This document shows, piece by piece, positions 15,072 to 28,535 of a DNA stretch of 64,000 bases. The notes under the pieces were generated by a model, which was not told the origin of the DNA, ran no database searches, and worked only from the letters and a program-made list of their open reading frames with translations. The stretch is from the human T2T-CHM13v2.0 reference genome, Homo sapiens: assembly GCF_009914755.1 (NCBI RefSeq), contig NC_060946.1; one strand, written 5' to 3'. Numbering within the stretch: the stretch's first letter is position 1; each line of letters opens with the position of its first letter. Both the position numbers and the translations under genes were made by a program.

Positions 15072-15255
15072 TTTTTTTTTTTTTTGGAAAAGGTATAAGA
15101 CAGGGTCTTGCTGTGTGTTGCCCAACCTAGAGTGCAGTGGCTGCTCACAAGTGTGATCGTAGTGCACTACAGCCCCAAGCTCCTGGCCTCAAACAATCCT
15201 CCCACCTCAGCCTCCCCAGTTGCTGGGAGTACGGGTGTGGGTCACCATGCCAGAC
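15072..15255 (-). mobile_element. Alu monomer (FLAM/FRAM/AluJ arm)
   Basis: Single Alu arm; TSD-like tactattgtaacc / taccattgtaacc. Confidence 0.8.
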
Positions 15256-15524
15256 TACCATTGTAACCATTTTTTAATGTACGGTTCAGGGGGTGTGAAG
15301 GATGTTCACATTGCTGTGCAGTGAACCTCTGGAACTTTTTCATCTTGTGTATCAGAAACTCTGTACCCATTAACAATAAACTACAATGAGGTACCACTTG
15401 ATACCCATTAGGATGGCTACTATCAACAAACTGAAAAGAGGAAGTTTGGGCAAGGATATGGAGAAATTGGAACCCTTGTGCACTGTTTATTTCCTACTGG
15501 TGGGAATGTAAATGGTGCATCTAC

Positions 15525-15720
15525 TGTCTTAATCTGTTTTCTGCTGCCATAACAGAGTCCTGGAGAGTGGGTAATTTATAAAGAAAAGAAATTTATTTCT
15601 AACAGTCTGAGGCTGGGAAGTCCAAGAACATGGCACTGGCATTTGGTGAGGGCTCTCTTGCTGTGTTATCCCATGGTGGGAGGTGAGAGGGCAAGTGAGT
15701 GCATGTGAGCATTACAGAGA
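15525..15720. mobile_element. MaLR LTR fragment (MST/MLT1A-like)
   Basis: ctgctgccataaca...gggtaatttataaagaaaagaaatttattt...gaggctgggaagtccaag. Confidence 0.75.
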
Positions 15721-16542
15721 CACAGTCCCTGCCCTTACTGTGAGGGTAATAACCATGTGTTGTTATGTACAAGAATGACAGTGCTGTGTAAATTCTTAAG
15801 CTTTTTTCTTGTGCTAGTTCTTTTCATTGTTGTCAAAATTAGTTGACTTCTTCACCCAGAGGCTGGTAGTCTATTCATGCAGATTACTCGGTGGGGAAAT
15901 TTTGGATATAGACTCATCATCAATTCACGTGGCATGATTCAGCAAAAATGAGAGCCTACATTTACATACTTGTCTGGTCTCCTTTCCAGGTGAATTGGAG
16001 TGAATATTAACAAATTGGACTAGCTGCTCGTGGTAAACAGCTTGTGTAGTTTTCAGGTTTATGATCTCTGTGTACGGCATAGTAGTTAAGGACAGATGCT
16101 AGTGCTGCCGCTTACTACTTTGGATAGGTTAATGAGAATAATAGTAGCTACCCCATGAAATTGTTATGATAACTGATTGAAATGTGTATAAAACTCTCAG
16201 TGCCTGGCATGTAATGGTCACCCCCGTAAACGTGTTGCAGGGAAGAAGATAATTGACTTTGGCATCAGAAAGAGTTCAAATACCACCTCAGTACCTCTGT
16301 AACCCAGGGCAAATACCTTAATCTATAACCTGAGCTATTGCTATTTCTGCTTCCATGCTCTTACTACTATTACTGCAACTACAAGTCTAACAACTACTGC
16401 TACTATGCTGATGACCTTGCCGTTTTCTCCAGGTAGCATCACCGTTATGTATAGAAGGCACCATGTAGCCCTTGTCATTTAATCCTCACAGACTCTGTGA
16501 AATAGGTATTATTCTTGACATTTTCCAAATTGGAGTTCTGAG

Positions 16543-16700
16543 GCCTGTAGTTCCAGCTACTCGGGAGGCTAAGCCAGGAGAATCACTTTAACTTGGGAGG
16601 TGGAGGTTGCAGTGAGCCAAGATTGCTTCACTGCACTCCAGCCTGGGCAACAGAGCGAGACTCTGTCACATGAAAAAACAAAACAAAACAAAACAAAACA
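16543..16700 (+). mobile_element. Alu right arm with (CAAAA)n tail
   Basis: gcctgtagttccagctactcgggaggct...gcgagactctgtc, then aaaacaaaacaaaac. Confidence 0.9.
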
Positions 16701-17879
16701 GGAATCGTAATTTTAAGGCAGACTATGTAAGTACTGTATTTAATCAGGGGAGAATTAGAAATAGAATGCTAATGACAGCCAGTGATTGAGAGACAAAATT
16801 ATGGCAGCATGGCTCTGTTTGGAGAGGTGTGTCTGGTGAACTCAGAGCAGCCTGAGTGATGATTTCTGGGTTAAGGGAGCAAGACTTTCACACCAATGTG
16901 TAATAATTCTAGACGGCTGTAGCCTCTAACCCCTTTAGCTGGGTCTTTCCTACTTTTGCATCCTTCACACCACAGTGAATAAGTCAATGAGTAACTAGCA
17001 TTTGTCAGACCACTTGTATTCTTTTATATTTTCAAGGAAGAGATAGAGGGTTGGGTGGAGTGTCTGGTAGGGAGACCCGTATACCAGACTAAAGAGCTTT
17101 TAGACTCATTCCTTAACAGTGGGAACCATTAGAAGGTTTAAATGGCAGATGACTTAATGTAAGTAGGATCATTTAATGAAGGATAGTCTATTCTGAGGTG
17201 ATAGTCAAACTTAGTTTGTACTTTTATATTTTAAAGATTCATTTCTGACTTTGACTGCTTCTTTCCTTTGAAATCACTCAGTACCCACATCGTTAGCTCT
17301 CTCATCTTGTAACCATATAATAAAGCTGCATTATACAGGCGGCATCTGCTGGGCCAGGGAGAAGTTGAGCCAGAGGAGGCTGGCCTGTGTGTCATTGTGT
17401 AAGGAAGGCAGTGTGTGCTTCTACTCCCTTTAGCACTTGCAGATCTCCCTGCACCTCATCCGCTTGGACCCCCGGAGTCTCCTGTTGCTGCTGAACAACT
17501 TTGATTTCCACCACCTTGGGGCCCACCCTTCCTGTCCTCACCTCAGGACTGCCCATTTGGGATCTGCCCCTGATTCAGGATCTGCACTATTGTTCGTTTT
17601 TTTTCTTCAGTTGTAATCCATCTGTTTTCTTTCTCATTTCTCCACATCCCTATCTGTGGATACCTTAACACTCACAAATCTGATAAAATTATTTTCTTCT
17701 ATTTCATTACCTATTCAAGAAATAGTGAACTAGGTGCCAAATTCCCTGAAGCCAGGGATCCTGACTTCTTATACTTAGCAATAACTGTTACATTATGTAA
17801 TCCAATTTAAAAGGAATATATTTAGAGTACGCATTTGGGCCACGTGGAATAGGTGGCCTCTTAGCATTCCTTGAAAGTC

Positions 17880-17995
17880 ATATGTGTGTGTGTGTTTATA
17901 TATATATATGTGTGTGTGTGTATATATATATATGTAGATAGATCCACTTATGATAGAGATATATATAGATAGGTATATCTATATTTTATATAGAC
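17880..17995. repeat. (TG)n/(TA)n compound microsatellite at the L1 tail
   Basis: tatgtgtgtgtgtgtttatatatatatatgtgtgtgtgtgtatatatata... Confidence 0.85.
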
Positions 17996-18024
17996 ATAAA
18001 ATTTCAGTAGCTTTTGGGGTACAA

Positions 18025-18200
18025 GTGGTTTTGGTCACATGGATGGGTTGTATAGTGGTGTGGTTTTGGTCACATGGGTGGGTTGTATAGTGGTGTGATT
18101 TTTGGTCACATGGATGGGTTGTATAGTGGTGTGGTTTTGGCTACATGGATGGGTTGTATAGTGGTGTGGTTTTGGTCACATGGATGGGTTGTATAGTGGT
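18025..18200. repeat. Minisatellite: 5 copies of a 35-36 bp unit GTGGTTTTGGTCACATGGATGGGTTGTATAGTGGT
   Basis: Units start at 18025, 18060, 18095, 18131 and 18166, differing by 0-2 nt. Confidence 0.95.
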
Positions 18201-18430
18201 GAAGTCGGCGATTTTAGTGCACCTGTCACCTGAGCAGTGTATATTATACCTGATATGTAGTTTTTATTCCTTACCCTCCTCCTAACTTCCCGCCTGCTGA
18301 GTCTCCAGTGTCCATTATACTACTCTGTGTGCCTTTGGGTACCCATAGCTTAACTCCCACTTGTAAGTGAGAACATATGGTATTTGATTTTTCCATTTCT
18401 GAGTTCTTCACTTAGAATAATGGCCTCCAA

Positions 18431-18720
18431 CTGGGCATGGTGGCTCACACCTGTAATCCCAGCACTTTGGGAGGTGGAGGAAGTCAGATCACTTGAGACC
18501 AGGAGTTTGAGACTAGCCTGGCCAGCATGGAGAAACCCCGTCTCTACTAAAAATACAAAAATTAGCCAGGCGTGGTGGCGCTTGCCTGTTATCCCAGCTA
18601 CTCGGGGAGGTTGAGGCATGAGAATTGCTTGAACCTGGGAGACGGAGGTTGCAGTGAGATCACACTACTGCACTCCAGCCTAGGTGATAGAGTGAGACCC
18701 TGTCTCAAAAAAAAAAAAAA
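18431..18720 (+). mobile_element. AluS inserted in L1
   Basis: Sense Alu with poly-A. Confidence 0.93.
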
Positions 18721-21457
18721 TAAAAGGCTTCCAGCTCCATCCAAGTTGCTGCATAAGACATTATTTCATTCTTTTTTATGGTTGAGTAGTATTCCATTGT
18801 GTATATATATATATCACGTTTTCTTTGTTCATTCCTCAGTTGATGGGTACTTACATTGGTTCTATATCTTTGCAATTGTGAATTGTTCTGTGATAAACAT
18901 ACGCGTGCAGGTGTCTTTTCCTTTGGGTAGATACCCAGTAGTGGGATTGCTGGATTGAATGGTAGGTCTACTTTTAGTTCTTTGAGAAGTCCCCATACTA
19001 TTTTCCATGAAGGTTTTACTATTTTACTTTCCCCCCAGCATTGTATATGCGTTCCTTTTTCACTACATCCATGGCAACATCTGTTGTTTTTTTTGACTTT
19101 TTAATAATGGCCACTCTGACAGGTTAAGGTGGCATCTCATTGTGGTTTTAATTTGCATTTCCCTGATGACTAGTGATGGTGAGCATTTTTTCATGTTTGT
19201 TGGCCATTTGTAGATCTTCTTTTGGGAAATGTCTATTCATGTCATTTGCCCACTTTTTGATGGAATTATTTGTTTTTTTCTCACTGATTTGTTTGAGTTC
19301 CTTGTAGATTCTGGATATTAGTTCTTTGTCAGATGCATAGTTGCAAATGTTTTCTCCCATTCTGTTGGTTGTCTGTTTACTCTGATGATTATTTCTTCCG
19401 CTGTGCAGATGCATTTTAGTTTAACTAGGTCCCATTTATTTAGTTTTTGTTCCATTTGCTTTTGGGATCTTAGTCATAAATGCTTTGCCTTTGACAATGT
19501 CATAAAGTTTTTCCTAGGTTTTCTCCTAGAATTTTTATGGTTTCTGGTCTAGATTTAAATCTTTGATCCATCTCAAGTTGATTTTTGTGTATGGTGAGAG
19601 ATCTAGTTTCATTTTTCTACCTGTGGCTATCCAGTTTTCCCAGAACCATTTATTGAATAGGAGGTTCTTTCCCCAGTTTATGTTTTTGTATGCTTTTATG
19701 GAAGGTTAGTTGATTGTAAGTATTTGGCCTTATTTCTGGTGTTTTTATTCTGTTGTATTGGTCTGTATATCTAGCTTTATATCAGTACAATCCTGTTTTG
19801 GTTACTATAGACTTGTAGTATAATTTGAAGTTGGAGTAATGTGATGCCTTAGAATTGTTCTTTTTGCTTAAGATTGCTTTGGATATTTGGGCTCTTTTTT
19901 GGTTCCATATGAATTTTAGGATTATTTTTTCTAATTGTATGAAAAATGATGTTGGTATTTTGATAGGAATTGCATTGAATCTATATATTGCTTTGGGCAT
20001 ATGATCATTTTAATAGTATTGATTCTTCTAATCCATGAGCATGGGATGTATTTCCATTAGTTTGTGTCATCTGTGATTTCTTTCAGCCATGTTTTATAGT
20101 TTTCCTTGTAGAGATCTTTCACCTTCTTGGTTAAATATATTTCCAGGCATTTGATTTTTTTTTTTTTTTTTTGCAGCTATTTTAAAAGGGACTGTGTTCT
20201 TGATTTGTTTCTCAGCTTAGTTATTGTTGATGTATACCAGTGCTACTGATTTGTGTACATTGATTTTGTTACCTGAGACTTTACTGAATTCATTGATCAA
20301 ATCTAGGAGTCTTTCGGTAAAGTCTTTAGGGTTTTCTAGGTATATGATCGTATCATTGGCAAACAGAGATAGTTTGCCTTCCTTTTTTCCAATTTGGATG
20401 CCCTTTGTTTATTTCTCTTCCCTGATTGTTCTGGCTAGACCTTCCAGTGTTATACTGAATAGAAGTGGTGAAAGTGGACATCCTTGTCTTGTTCCAGTTC
20501 TTAGGGGCAATGCTTTCATCTTTTTCCCCATTAAGTATGAGGTTGGCTATGGGTTTGTCATGTGTGGCTTTTACTATTTTGAGATATGTTCCTTCTATGC
20601 CCAGATTTTTATCATAAAGGGATGCTGGATTTTGTTGAACGTTTTTTCTGCGTCTATTGGGATGATCATATTTTTTTTGTTTTTAATTCTGTTTATGTGA
20701 TGAGTCACATTTACTTGGGTATGTTGAACCATCCCTACATCCTAAGATGAAACCCACTTGATTATGGTGAATTATCTTTTTGCTGTGCCGATGGATTCAG
20801 TTTTCTAGTATTTTGTTGAGGATTTTTGCATCTGATGTTCATCAGGGATATTGGTCTGTGGTTTTCTTTTTTTGTTATGTCCTTTACTGCTTTTGGTATC
20901 AGAGTGATACTGGCTTCATAGAGTGAATTAGGTTAGAGTTAGGTAGGATTCTCTCTTTCTCAACCTTTTGGAATAGTTTCAGTATGATTGGTGCCAATTC
21001 TTTGAATGTCTGGTGGAATTTGGCCATGTATCCGTCTGGCCCTGGGTTTTTTGTTTTTTTGGCAATTTTTGTTATTGATTCAATCTCACTGGTTGTTACT
21101 GGTCTGTTCAGACCTCCTATTTCTTTCTGATTCAAGCTAGGAGGGTTGTACGTTTCCAGAGATTTGTTCATTTCCTCTAAATTTTCTTGTTTGTTTGCAC
21201 AAAGGTGTTCATAGTGTCCTTAAATGGTCTTTTGTATTTCTGTGGTGCCAGCCATAATGTCTCCATTTCCGTTTCTATTTGAGCTAATTTGAATTTTCTC
21301 TCTTCTTGGTTAATCTAGCTAATGGTCTATCGATTTTATTTATTTTTTCAAAGAACCAACTTTTATATTTTGATCTTTTGTTTCGATTTCATTTAGTTCT
21401 GCTCTGATCTTTGTTATTTCTTTTCTTTTGCTAGCTTTGGGTTTGGCTTGTTCTTCT

Positions 21458-21733
21458 TGAGACAGGGTCGTGCTGTGTCACCTAGGCTGGTGTGCAGTGG
21501 CACGATCACTGCAGCCTTGACCTTCCTGGGCTGAAGTGATCCTCCCATCTCAGCCTCCCAAGTAGCTGGGACTACAGGCATGCACCACCATGCCTGACTA
21601 ATTTTTTAATATTTTGTAGAGACAGTATTTCACCGTGTCGCCCGGGCTGGTCTCAAACTTTTGGGCTAAGCAATCCTCCTGCCTTTGCCTCCCAAAGTGT
21701 TGGGATTACAGTTGTAAGCCACCACACCTGGCC
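21458..21733 (-). mobile_element. AluJ inserted in L1
   Basis: Antisense Alu (gagacagggtcgtgctgtgtcacctaggctgg...). Confidence 0.9.
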
Positions 21734-22060
21734 TAGTTGGTTCTGTTTCTCTAGTTCTTTGAGGTATGATGTTAGATTGTCAACTTGTGGTCTTTCAGAC
21801 TTTTCGATGTAGGCATTTAGCACTGTAAACTTTCCTTTTAGCACTGCTTTTGCTGTATCCCAGAAGTTTTGATAAATTATATCTCTGTTATCATTTATTT
21901 TGAATAACTTTTAAATGTCCGTCTTGATTTCATTGTTAACCCCCAAATCATGCAGGAGCAGCTTGTTTAATTTCCGTGTATTTATGTAGTTTTGAGGGTT
22001 CCTTTTGGAATTGATTTCTAGTTTTATTCTATTGTGGTCTGAGAAGATACTTGATATAGT

Positions 22061-22084
22061 TCTGTCTGTCTGTCTATCTATCTA

Positions 22085-22141
<57 letters not shown>
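22061..22141. repeat. Compound tetranucleotide STR [TCTG]3[TCTA]3 TA [TCTA]13
   Basis: Read directly; occupies the tail position of the adjacent antisense Alu. Confidence 0.95.
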
Positions 22142-22425
22142 GAGACTGAGTCTCGCTCTGTTGCCCAGGCTGGGGTGCAGTGGCACGATCTTGGCTTACT
22201 GTAACCTCTGCCTCCTGGGTTCAAGTGATTCTTCCGCCTCAGCCTCCTGAGTAGCTGGATTACAGGCCCCTGCCACCACGGCTGGCTAGTTGTTTTTGTA
22301 TTTTTAGTAGAGATGGGGTTTCACCATGTTGGCCAGGCTGGTCTCGAATGCCCGATCTCAGGTGATCCCCCATCCTCGGCCTCCCAAAGTACTGGGATTT
22401 CAGGTGTGAGCCACCACACCCAGCC
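22141..22425 (-). mobile_element. AluS inserted in L1
   Basis: Antisense Alu body. Confidence 0.93.
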
Positions 22426-24189
22426 AATATATTTTGATTTTTAAAAAAATAAATTGAGACTTGCTTTGTGGCCTGCCATGTGGTCTGTCTTTTCTTAGGT
22501 CTAGTAACTGTTTTGTGAATCTGGGAGCTTCAGAGTTAGGTGCATATATATTTAGGATTATAATATCTTCCTGTTGGATCGATCCTTTTATCATCATATA
22601 ATGACCTTCTTTGTCTTTTTTTTACTGTTGTTGCTTTAAAGTCTATTTTATCTGACATAAGAGCTGTTCTGCTTGCTTTCGGTTTCCATTTGCATGAAAT
22701 ATCTTTTTCCACCCCCTTTACTTTGATTCTGTAAGATTCCTTATGTTTTAGGTGAGTCTCTTGAAGACAGCAGGTATTTGGTTTGTGATTTTTTTTTTTA
22801 ATCCATTCTGCCAATCTGTATCTTTTAAGTGGAGCATTTAGATGATTTATATTCAATGTTAATACTGAGATGTGAGGTACTATCCCAGCCATCATGTTGA
22901 TTGTTACCTGGATATTTTGTGTTCTCCATTGTGTTACTGTTTTATAGGTGCTGTGCATTTTGTGCTTTCAAGAGGTTCCATGCTGGTGCCTGTCGACCTT
23001 TTATTTCAAGCTTTAGAACTTTTAGCCTCAATTTATTTTTAAAGATTATATATAAATAAGGGAAAACAGAAATTCTCTAATACTGTGCTCAACTGAGTGG
23101 ACCGTGTATTAGTTTTATTTTGGATTAATTATTGTCACAAGAAATCTGACGTTTTAGGAGTTTTGAGAATTGCTAAGGTCTGTAGGTGATTTTTCCAGAC
23201 TGATGATATTTCCCATCATTTGGCCACAGTACAGGAAGCGTTTGCTATAGTTTTATTTCTTACTTGAAGCAGTAAATAATTTAAATTTTTTTCTTGGTAA
23301 GAAATGTTCCATGCCTAATTTGAGTGTATTTACCCTTATTTGCTAATAAGCAGTTTAGATGTTCGTACCCTGTCTTCTATAGAAATTAGAATTATACGTA
23401 TAATCCCAAATCAAAATGTAATTTTGAGCAAATGTGCTAATTGATTTATGCTAGACAGATTGACCTATGTGTGATTCATTTTTCCTAGGAGAAGGAAAGA
23501 GATGGTTGAAAAGAAATATTTATTTGGTAACTTATATATTGATGTAAAAATGGCACAGTCTTGGTCTTCAGATTTGTGTTTGTGTAAACTAAAATAAATA
23601 GTAAAGTTTCACAGTAAAGACTACCAAATGAGTGGTTAAAGCACCTGGCTCAGGGCACAGATTGAATCCTAGCTTAGACTCTCAGTGGTTTTGTGACACT
23701 GGACAAGTTAATTAACCTCACCAAGCCTTATTTACCCACCTTTAATGTGAAACTAATGGCAGTACCTGCCTCATGGAGTTTTTGTGAGGATTAAGTGATA
23801 CAATGTGTGTAACATGCTTAGCTCCGTAGAAAATGGTGAATGAATGTTAGCCCGTTTCACTTTGCTGTTGCTAGTGTCGTCGATGTGTTCATACAAAAAA
23901 CTGAGCATGTCTAAAATGTCCAATTATTTTAATGTTGAAAGTAATGGACATAAAAGGTGCATTAAGCAATTCTAGTTTCTGTGGCCAAGACACATCAAAG
24001 AAATGAAGAATTTAAAAAATAGGTGATTGATGAAGATTAACTTTATTCATGTTTTTCCTAGCTAGACATTAGAAGCAAGGTAAGGAATTTAAAATAATAA
24101 TATTCCCTTAAAGTTGCTTTCCTAGGTATTTTTAGCATTGTATAATTTAAGTATTATAGATTCATGCAGAAATCCTTTATGTTTTACAG

Positions 24190-24355
24190 AGTTACACTGT
24201 TAGACCTTATGATAGCCAAGATAACGAGTGATGAGCCACTCACCAAGGATGACATCCCTGTGTTTTTGCGGCATGCTGAGTTGATTGCAAGCACCTTTGT
24301 GGATCAGTGCAAGACTGTGCTCAAGCTGGCCTCTGAGGAGCCTCCTGATGATGAG
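24190..24355 (+). CDS. ATXN10: Ataxin-10 coding exon (exon 7), 166 nt, phase 2-0
   Basis: ttttacag|A acceptor; VTLLDLMIAKITSDEPLTKDDIPVFLRHAELIASTFVDQCKTVLKLASEEPPDDE (inside ORF-track 24164..24430); donor GAG|gtaagg; frame continues from the previous exon (AG|A = Arg). Confidence 0.98.
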
Positions 24356-24826
24356 GTAAGGGAGGCAGATTTCCCAATCTCGGGTAAAAGAGAATGGACA
24401 GATTTTCTAACTCAGCCAAGTCCTGTATGAGAATTCTTTTTTAAAAGCTTTAAAAAATATTATGTAAGTAATGTATCCATATATGAGAATAGTTGGAAAA
24501 TTTAGATAAGGGAAAACAGTGTCCTTATTCCTACCATCCAGAGTCAATGACTTAGGCAAATTCTGGTTAATTTTCTAGACAGATGACATCAGATACATGC
24601 ACACAGACGTAGACATGTGCACATATGTATCTATTAAAAGTGGAGCCTTTCTGTGCCTTCTGTTTGCAGGTTCCCATTTTTTCTTCGGAATGTAAGCTCT
24701 AGGAGGGCAGAAATTTTGACTGTTGTGTCCATAGTACTATGTATATGGTAGGCACTGAACAAGTATTTGCTGAATGAATAAATAAATAATACATTGTAAA
24801 TGTCTTTTTAAATAAATGCCAACATA

Positions 24827-25128
24827 GGCTGGGCACGGTGCCTCACACCTGTAACCCCACTTCTTTGGGAGGCCAAGGCGGGAGGATCGCTTGAGCCCAG
24901 GAATTCCAGATCACCCTGGGCAACATGGTGAAACCCCATCTCTGTAAAAAATACAAAAATTAACTGGACATGGTGGCACATGCCTATAGACCCAGCTACT
25001 TGGGAGGCTGAGGTGGGAGGGTCACTTGAGCCCAGGAGGTTGAGGCTGCGGTGAGCCATGATTGCCCCACTGCCCTCCAGCTCGGGTGATGCAGTGAGAC
25101 CCTTGTCTCAAAAAAAAAAAAAAAAAAA
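24827..25128 (+). mobile_element. AluJ
   Basis: Sense Alu; TSD gccaacata on both sides. Confidence 0.93.
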
Positions 25129-25150
25129 GCCAACATAACATTTCAAGTAA

Positions 25151-25499
<349 letters not shown>

Positions 25500-26934
25500 C
25501 AGTAGGTTGTTCTTATTTCTACTTATTTTAGATAATACTGTAGTACATGCCTTTATAGTTACATCTTTGCACATTTCCACAGCTGTTATCCTAGGACATA
25601 ATCTTAGAAGTGAAATTGCTATGTATAAGGATATCACATGTTTAAAGCTCTTGATACATACTTCCAAACTGCTTTCTAGACAGTTTGCTTCTTCTCTTCT
25701 TTATAGGAGATTCCTAGTGGTATACTGTCCTGGTTAATTATTTAAACTATTTTTTATTCTCCTTAAGCCTACCTTAGATCATTCAGGTCTTGTTTTATCA
25801 GGGCGTGGAAGGGAGCTTATGTTAATTCTCTATCCCTTGTCTTTACTTCAGAACTTCCTGTTTTTATCTATTCTCCCTTTCTTCTGTCATAAAGTTAGAA
25901 TTGTTCTTTCTCTGGACCACTCAGCTGTAAAAAGGGATGCACTTGTGATACAACAGGGAAGAATCTCAGAAGTGCTGAGGGAGAGAAGCCAGACAGACTA
26001 GAAAACATGCTGGCTGATTCCATTTCCGTGGGATTCTGTAGCAGGCCAGATATATCGGTCATGACAGAAAATAGATCAGATGTCACCTGGGTCTGGAAAT
26101 GAATGAGTGGAATTGATTGCAGGGGAACACGAGGGAACTTTCTGGATAGTAGAATGTGGCACTTAGCTGTATACCTTGACACAACTTTGTACTGTATGCT
26201 TAAGATGGGTGTATTTCATTGCATGTATATTATACCTCAATAAAGCTGATTTAAACAATAAAAGATGATAGAGAGTTCCTTTGTATGCTGATATGAATGG
26301 TCAGGTAGAGAGGGAGTAATTGATGCTGGAATCACTGTTGGCAAATGGGCAACACTGGAGGAGAGGGATTGGAATCCAGAGTGGATACTCATCCACTGTC
26401 CACAGGCGGGAATGTAGAGAATGTGATCCGATACTGTGAAACTGTTAACTCCTGTTGTAAATGCAGCTCATGGCTATGACTGCTCGCCCACGAGAGTGTA
26501 TTTCCTTTTTTGTGAATATACTTTCGTTCAGGACCATTTTGATATTGATTTTCTGTGCTTTGTCATATAGACCATGTTAGATCTTACTAATCATTTCGTT
26601 AACTTTAGTTCTCATTTTCTGTGATAGGAAAGAAAGGTCTTTATTCAGGGGCTTGCGTTTACTTTCTGGAGATAGATTTGCCTTTGTTTCCAGCAGGAGG
26701 AGCAGTGAGTCATGCTTAAGAAAAGTTTTAAAAATTCTCTAAGAGACAGAGAAAAGACAGATCACAGCTTTAAACTTTTCAGGGCACTTCTGTTTAAAAT
26801 ATAGGTGATTTCAGTATTGTAGTGAGAAATTCCTGGTGTAACTTTTCATATTTAGGAAAACTTCTATTTTTCCTTTGGACTTTTTTCTCTAAGATGGGAA
26901 GTATTTTTATATATTAATGGAATGGAAAGTTGTA

Positions 26935-27238
26935 GACTGGGAACAGTGGCTCATGCCCGTAATCCCAATACTTTGGGACGCCAAGGCGTGGGAGGATTGC
27001 TTAAGCCCAGGAGTTGGAGACCAGCCTGGGCAACATAAGGAGACTCCATCTGTACAAAAAAAAAACACAAAGAATTAGCTGGGTGTGGTGGTGTGTGCCT
27101 GTGTTCCTAGCCACCGGTGAGGCTGAGGTGGGAGGCTTGCCTAAGCCCAGAAGATTGAGGCTGCAGTGAGCTGTGATTGCGCTACTGCATTCCAGCCTGG
27201 GGAAGAGTGAGATCCTGTCTCCAAAAAAAAAGAAAAAA
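26935..27238 (+). mobile_element. AluJ
   Basis: Sense Alu dimer. Confidence 0.92.
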
Positions 27239-27396
27239 TTGTAGGCAGTTTTCTTTTGCAAAGCCAAATTAATTTACTTTTGGAAGTTTATTGAGCTATA
27301 CATTTATGACTTGTGCGTATTAATGCACATATGTCATACTTTTTTTTTTTTTTTAAAAGAGGACCACTTTGCCAGTATTTAAATATGCCAAAGACC

Positions 27397-27600
27397 AAGT
27401 GCTATACTGGAGCTGGCCTGTGGTGACTTCTAAGAGTTGATTATTAAGTGCTTAGAAATTTGTGAGCTGATTGTTAAATTGTTGGTACCTTGAAATCATC
27501 CATGGTGGAAGTAGTTGTGCCATGGAAACCAGCAAATGCTACAAATCAGGGTTTTCCACCTGCCTCTTCCACCCCAGCCATTCTTCTGCCAAACCACTGC
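27397..27600 (+). mobile_element. MER63-like hAT-Blackjack element
   Basis: ctggagctggc...gattgttaaattgttggtaccttgaaatcatccatggtgg...gcaaatgctacaaatcaggg. Confidence 0.7.
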
Positions 27601-28218
27601 ATTTACTCATTGGTGATCTTTTTAGGACAAGATAGATATTCAGTAAAGTTCTCAATGCTATGACTGAAAAGTGAGAATGGAAACAGTTGTATTTATAGCA
27701 TGTGTTTTTTAATTTATGTAATTGTTTGGCTTTAAAATCCCAAGGTTTTCTTCATACGTTTCTTTATAAAAATAGTTTTGGGTTCTCATGTTAATGTACT
27801 TATTCCTGTCTTTTGATATATTTTGTATACTTGTTTCCAGTTTTTGATATATTTTTGTCAGTTCAGAATCTTGTTCACTTGTAGCAAGCCTTGCCTTTTC
27901 TCTGAAAGCTCAAAAAACATTCCTTTTAGCTTTGTATTTTCTGATATCCATATATTACAATAATTGTTGCCAGGTTGTGGGATTTGCATTCTGTTTTAAT
28001 CTTTGCAACCCCAGGTTAGGCCATACTGTAGTACCTGTTATGCAGTAGGTATTACATATTTAATTACATAATACATATTTAATACATATTCTACAATAAA
28101 TAGTGTATTTTTTCCACATATTAAGGGCTTAAATTTTTGTATTACGCAAATAATGCTTGCTTTGTTGTTAAAAATTATTTAAGCTGAAGTCAGTGAAACA
28201 TAAAGTTACAAAGTTTCA

Positions 28219-28535
28219 GCCAGGCGTGGTGGCTCATACCTGTAATCCCAGCACTTTAGGAGGTCGAGGTGGGCAGATTGCCTGAGGTCAGGAGTTTGAG
28301 ACCAGCCTGACTAACATGGTGAGACCCCCGTCTCTACTAAAAATACAAAAATTAGCCGGGTGTGGTGGCGGATGCCTGTAATCCCAGCTACTCGGGAGGC
28401 TGTCCCAGCTACTCGGGAGGCGGAGGCAGAGAATCACGTGAACCCGGGAGGCGGAGGTTGCTGTGAACTGAGATTGTGCCATTGCACTTCAGCCTGGGCG
28501 ACAGAGCAAGACTCCCATCTTAAAAAAAAAAAAAA
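28219..28535 (+). mobile_element. AluS with a 21-bp internal duplication
   Basis: TSD aaagttacaaagttt on both sides. Confidence 0.95.

Larger units (their letters stand above)
18000..23025 (-). mobile_element. L1PB-like LINE-1 (3' UTR plus degenerate ORF2 back to the endonuclease start), with three nested Alus
   Basis: Minus-strand peptides HISVLTLNINHLNAPLKRYRLAEWIK..CCLQETHL and IKGSIQQEDIIILNIYAPN (APE endonuclease), [27 protein letters not shown] (ORF2); L1PB-type 3' end (ttttggggtacaagtggttttgg). Frameshifted and internally deleted. Confidence 0.92.

Noticed and set aside
18025-18200. CRISPR-like array (35-36 bp repeats)
   Set aside because: Repeats are head-to-tail with no spacers, derive from L1 sequence, and there are no cas genes; this is primate intronic DNA.
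19148-22958. Functional L1 ORF2
   Set aside because: Broken into short ORFs by stops, frameshifts, deletions and Alu insertions; no 5' UTR or intact ORF1.
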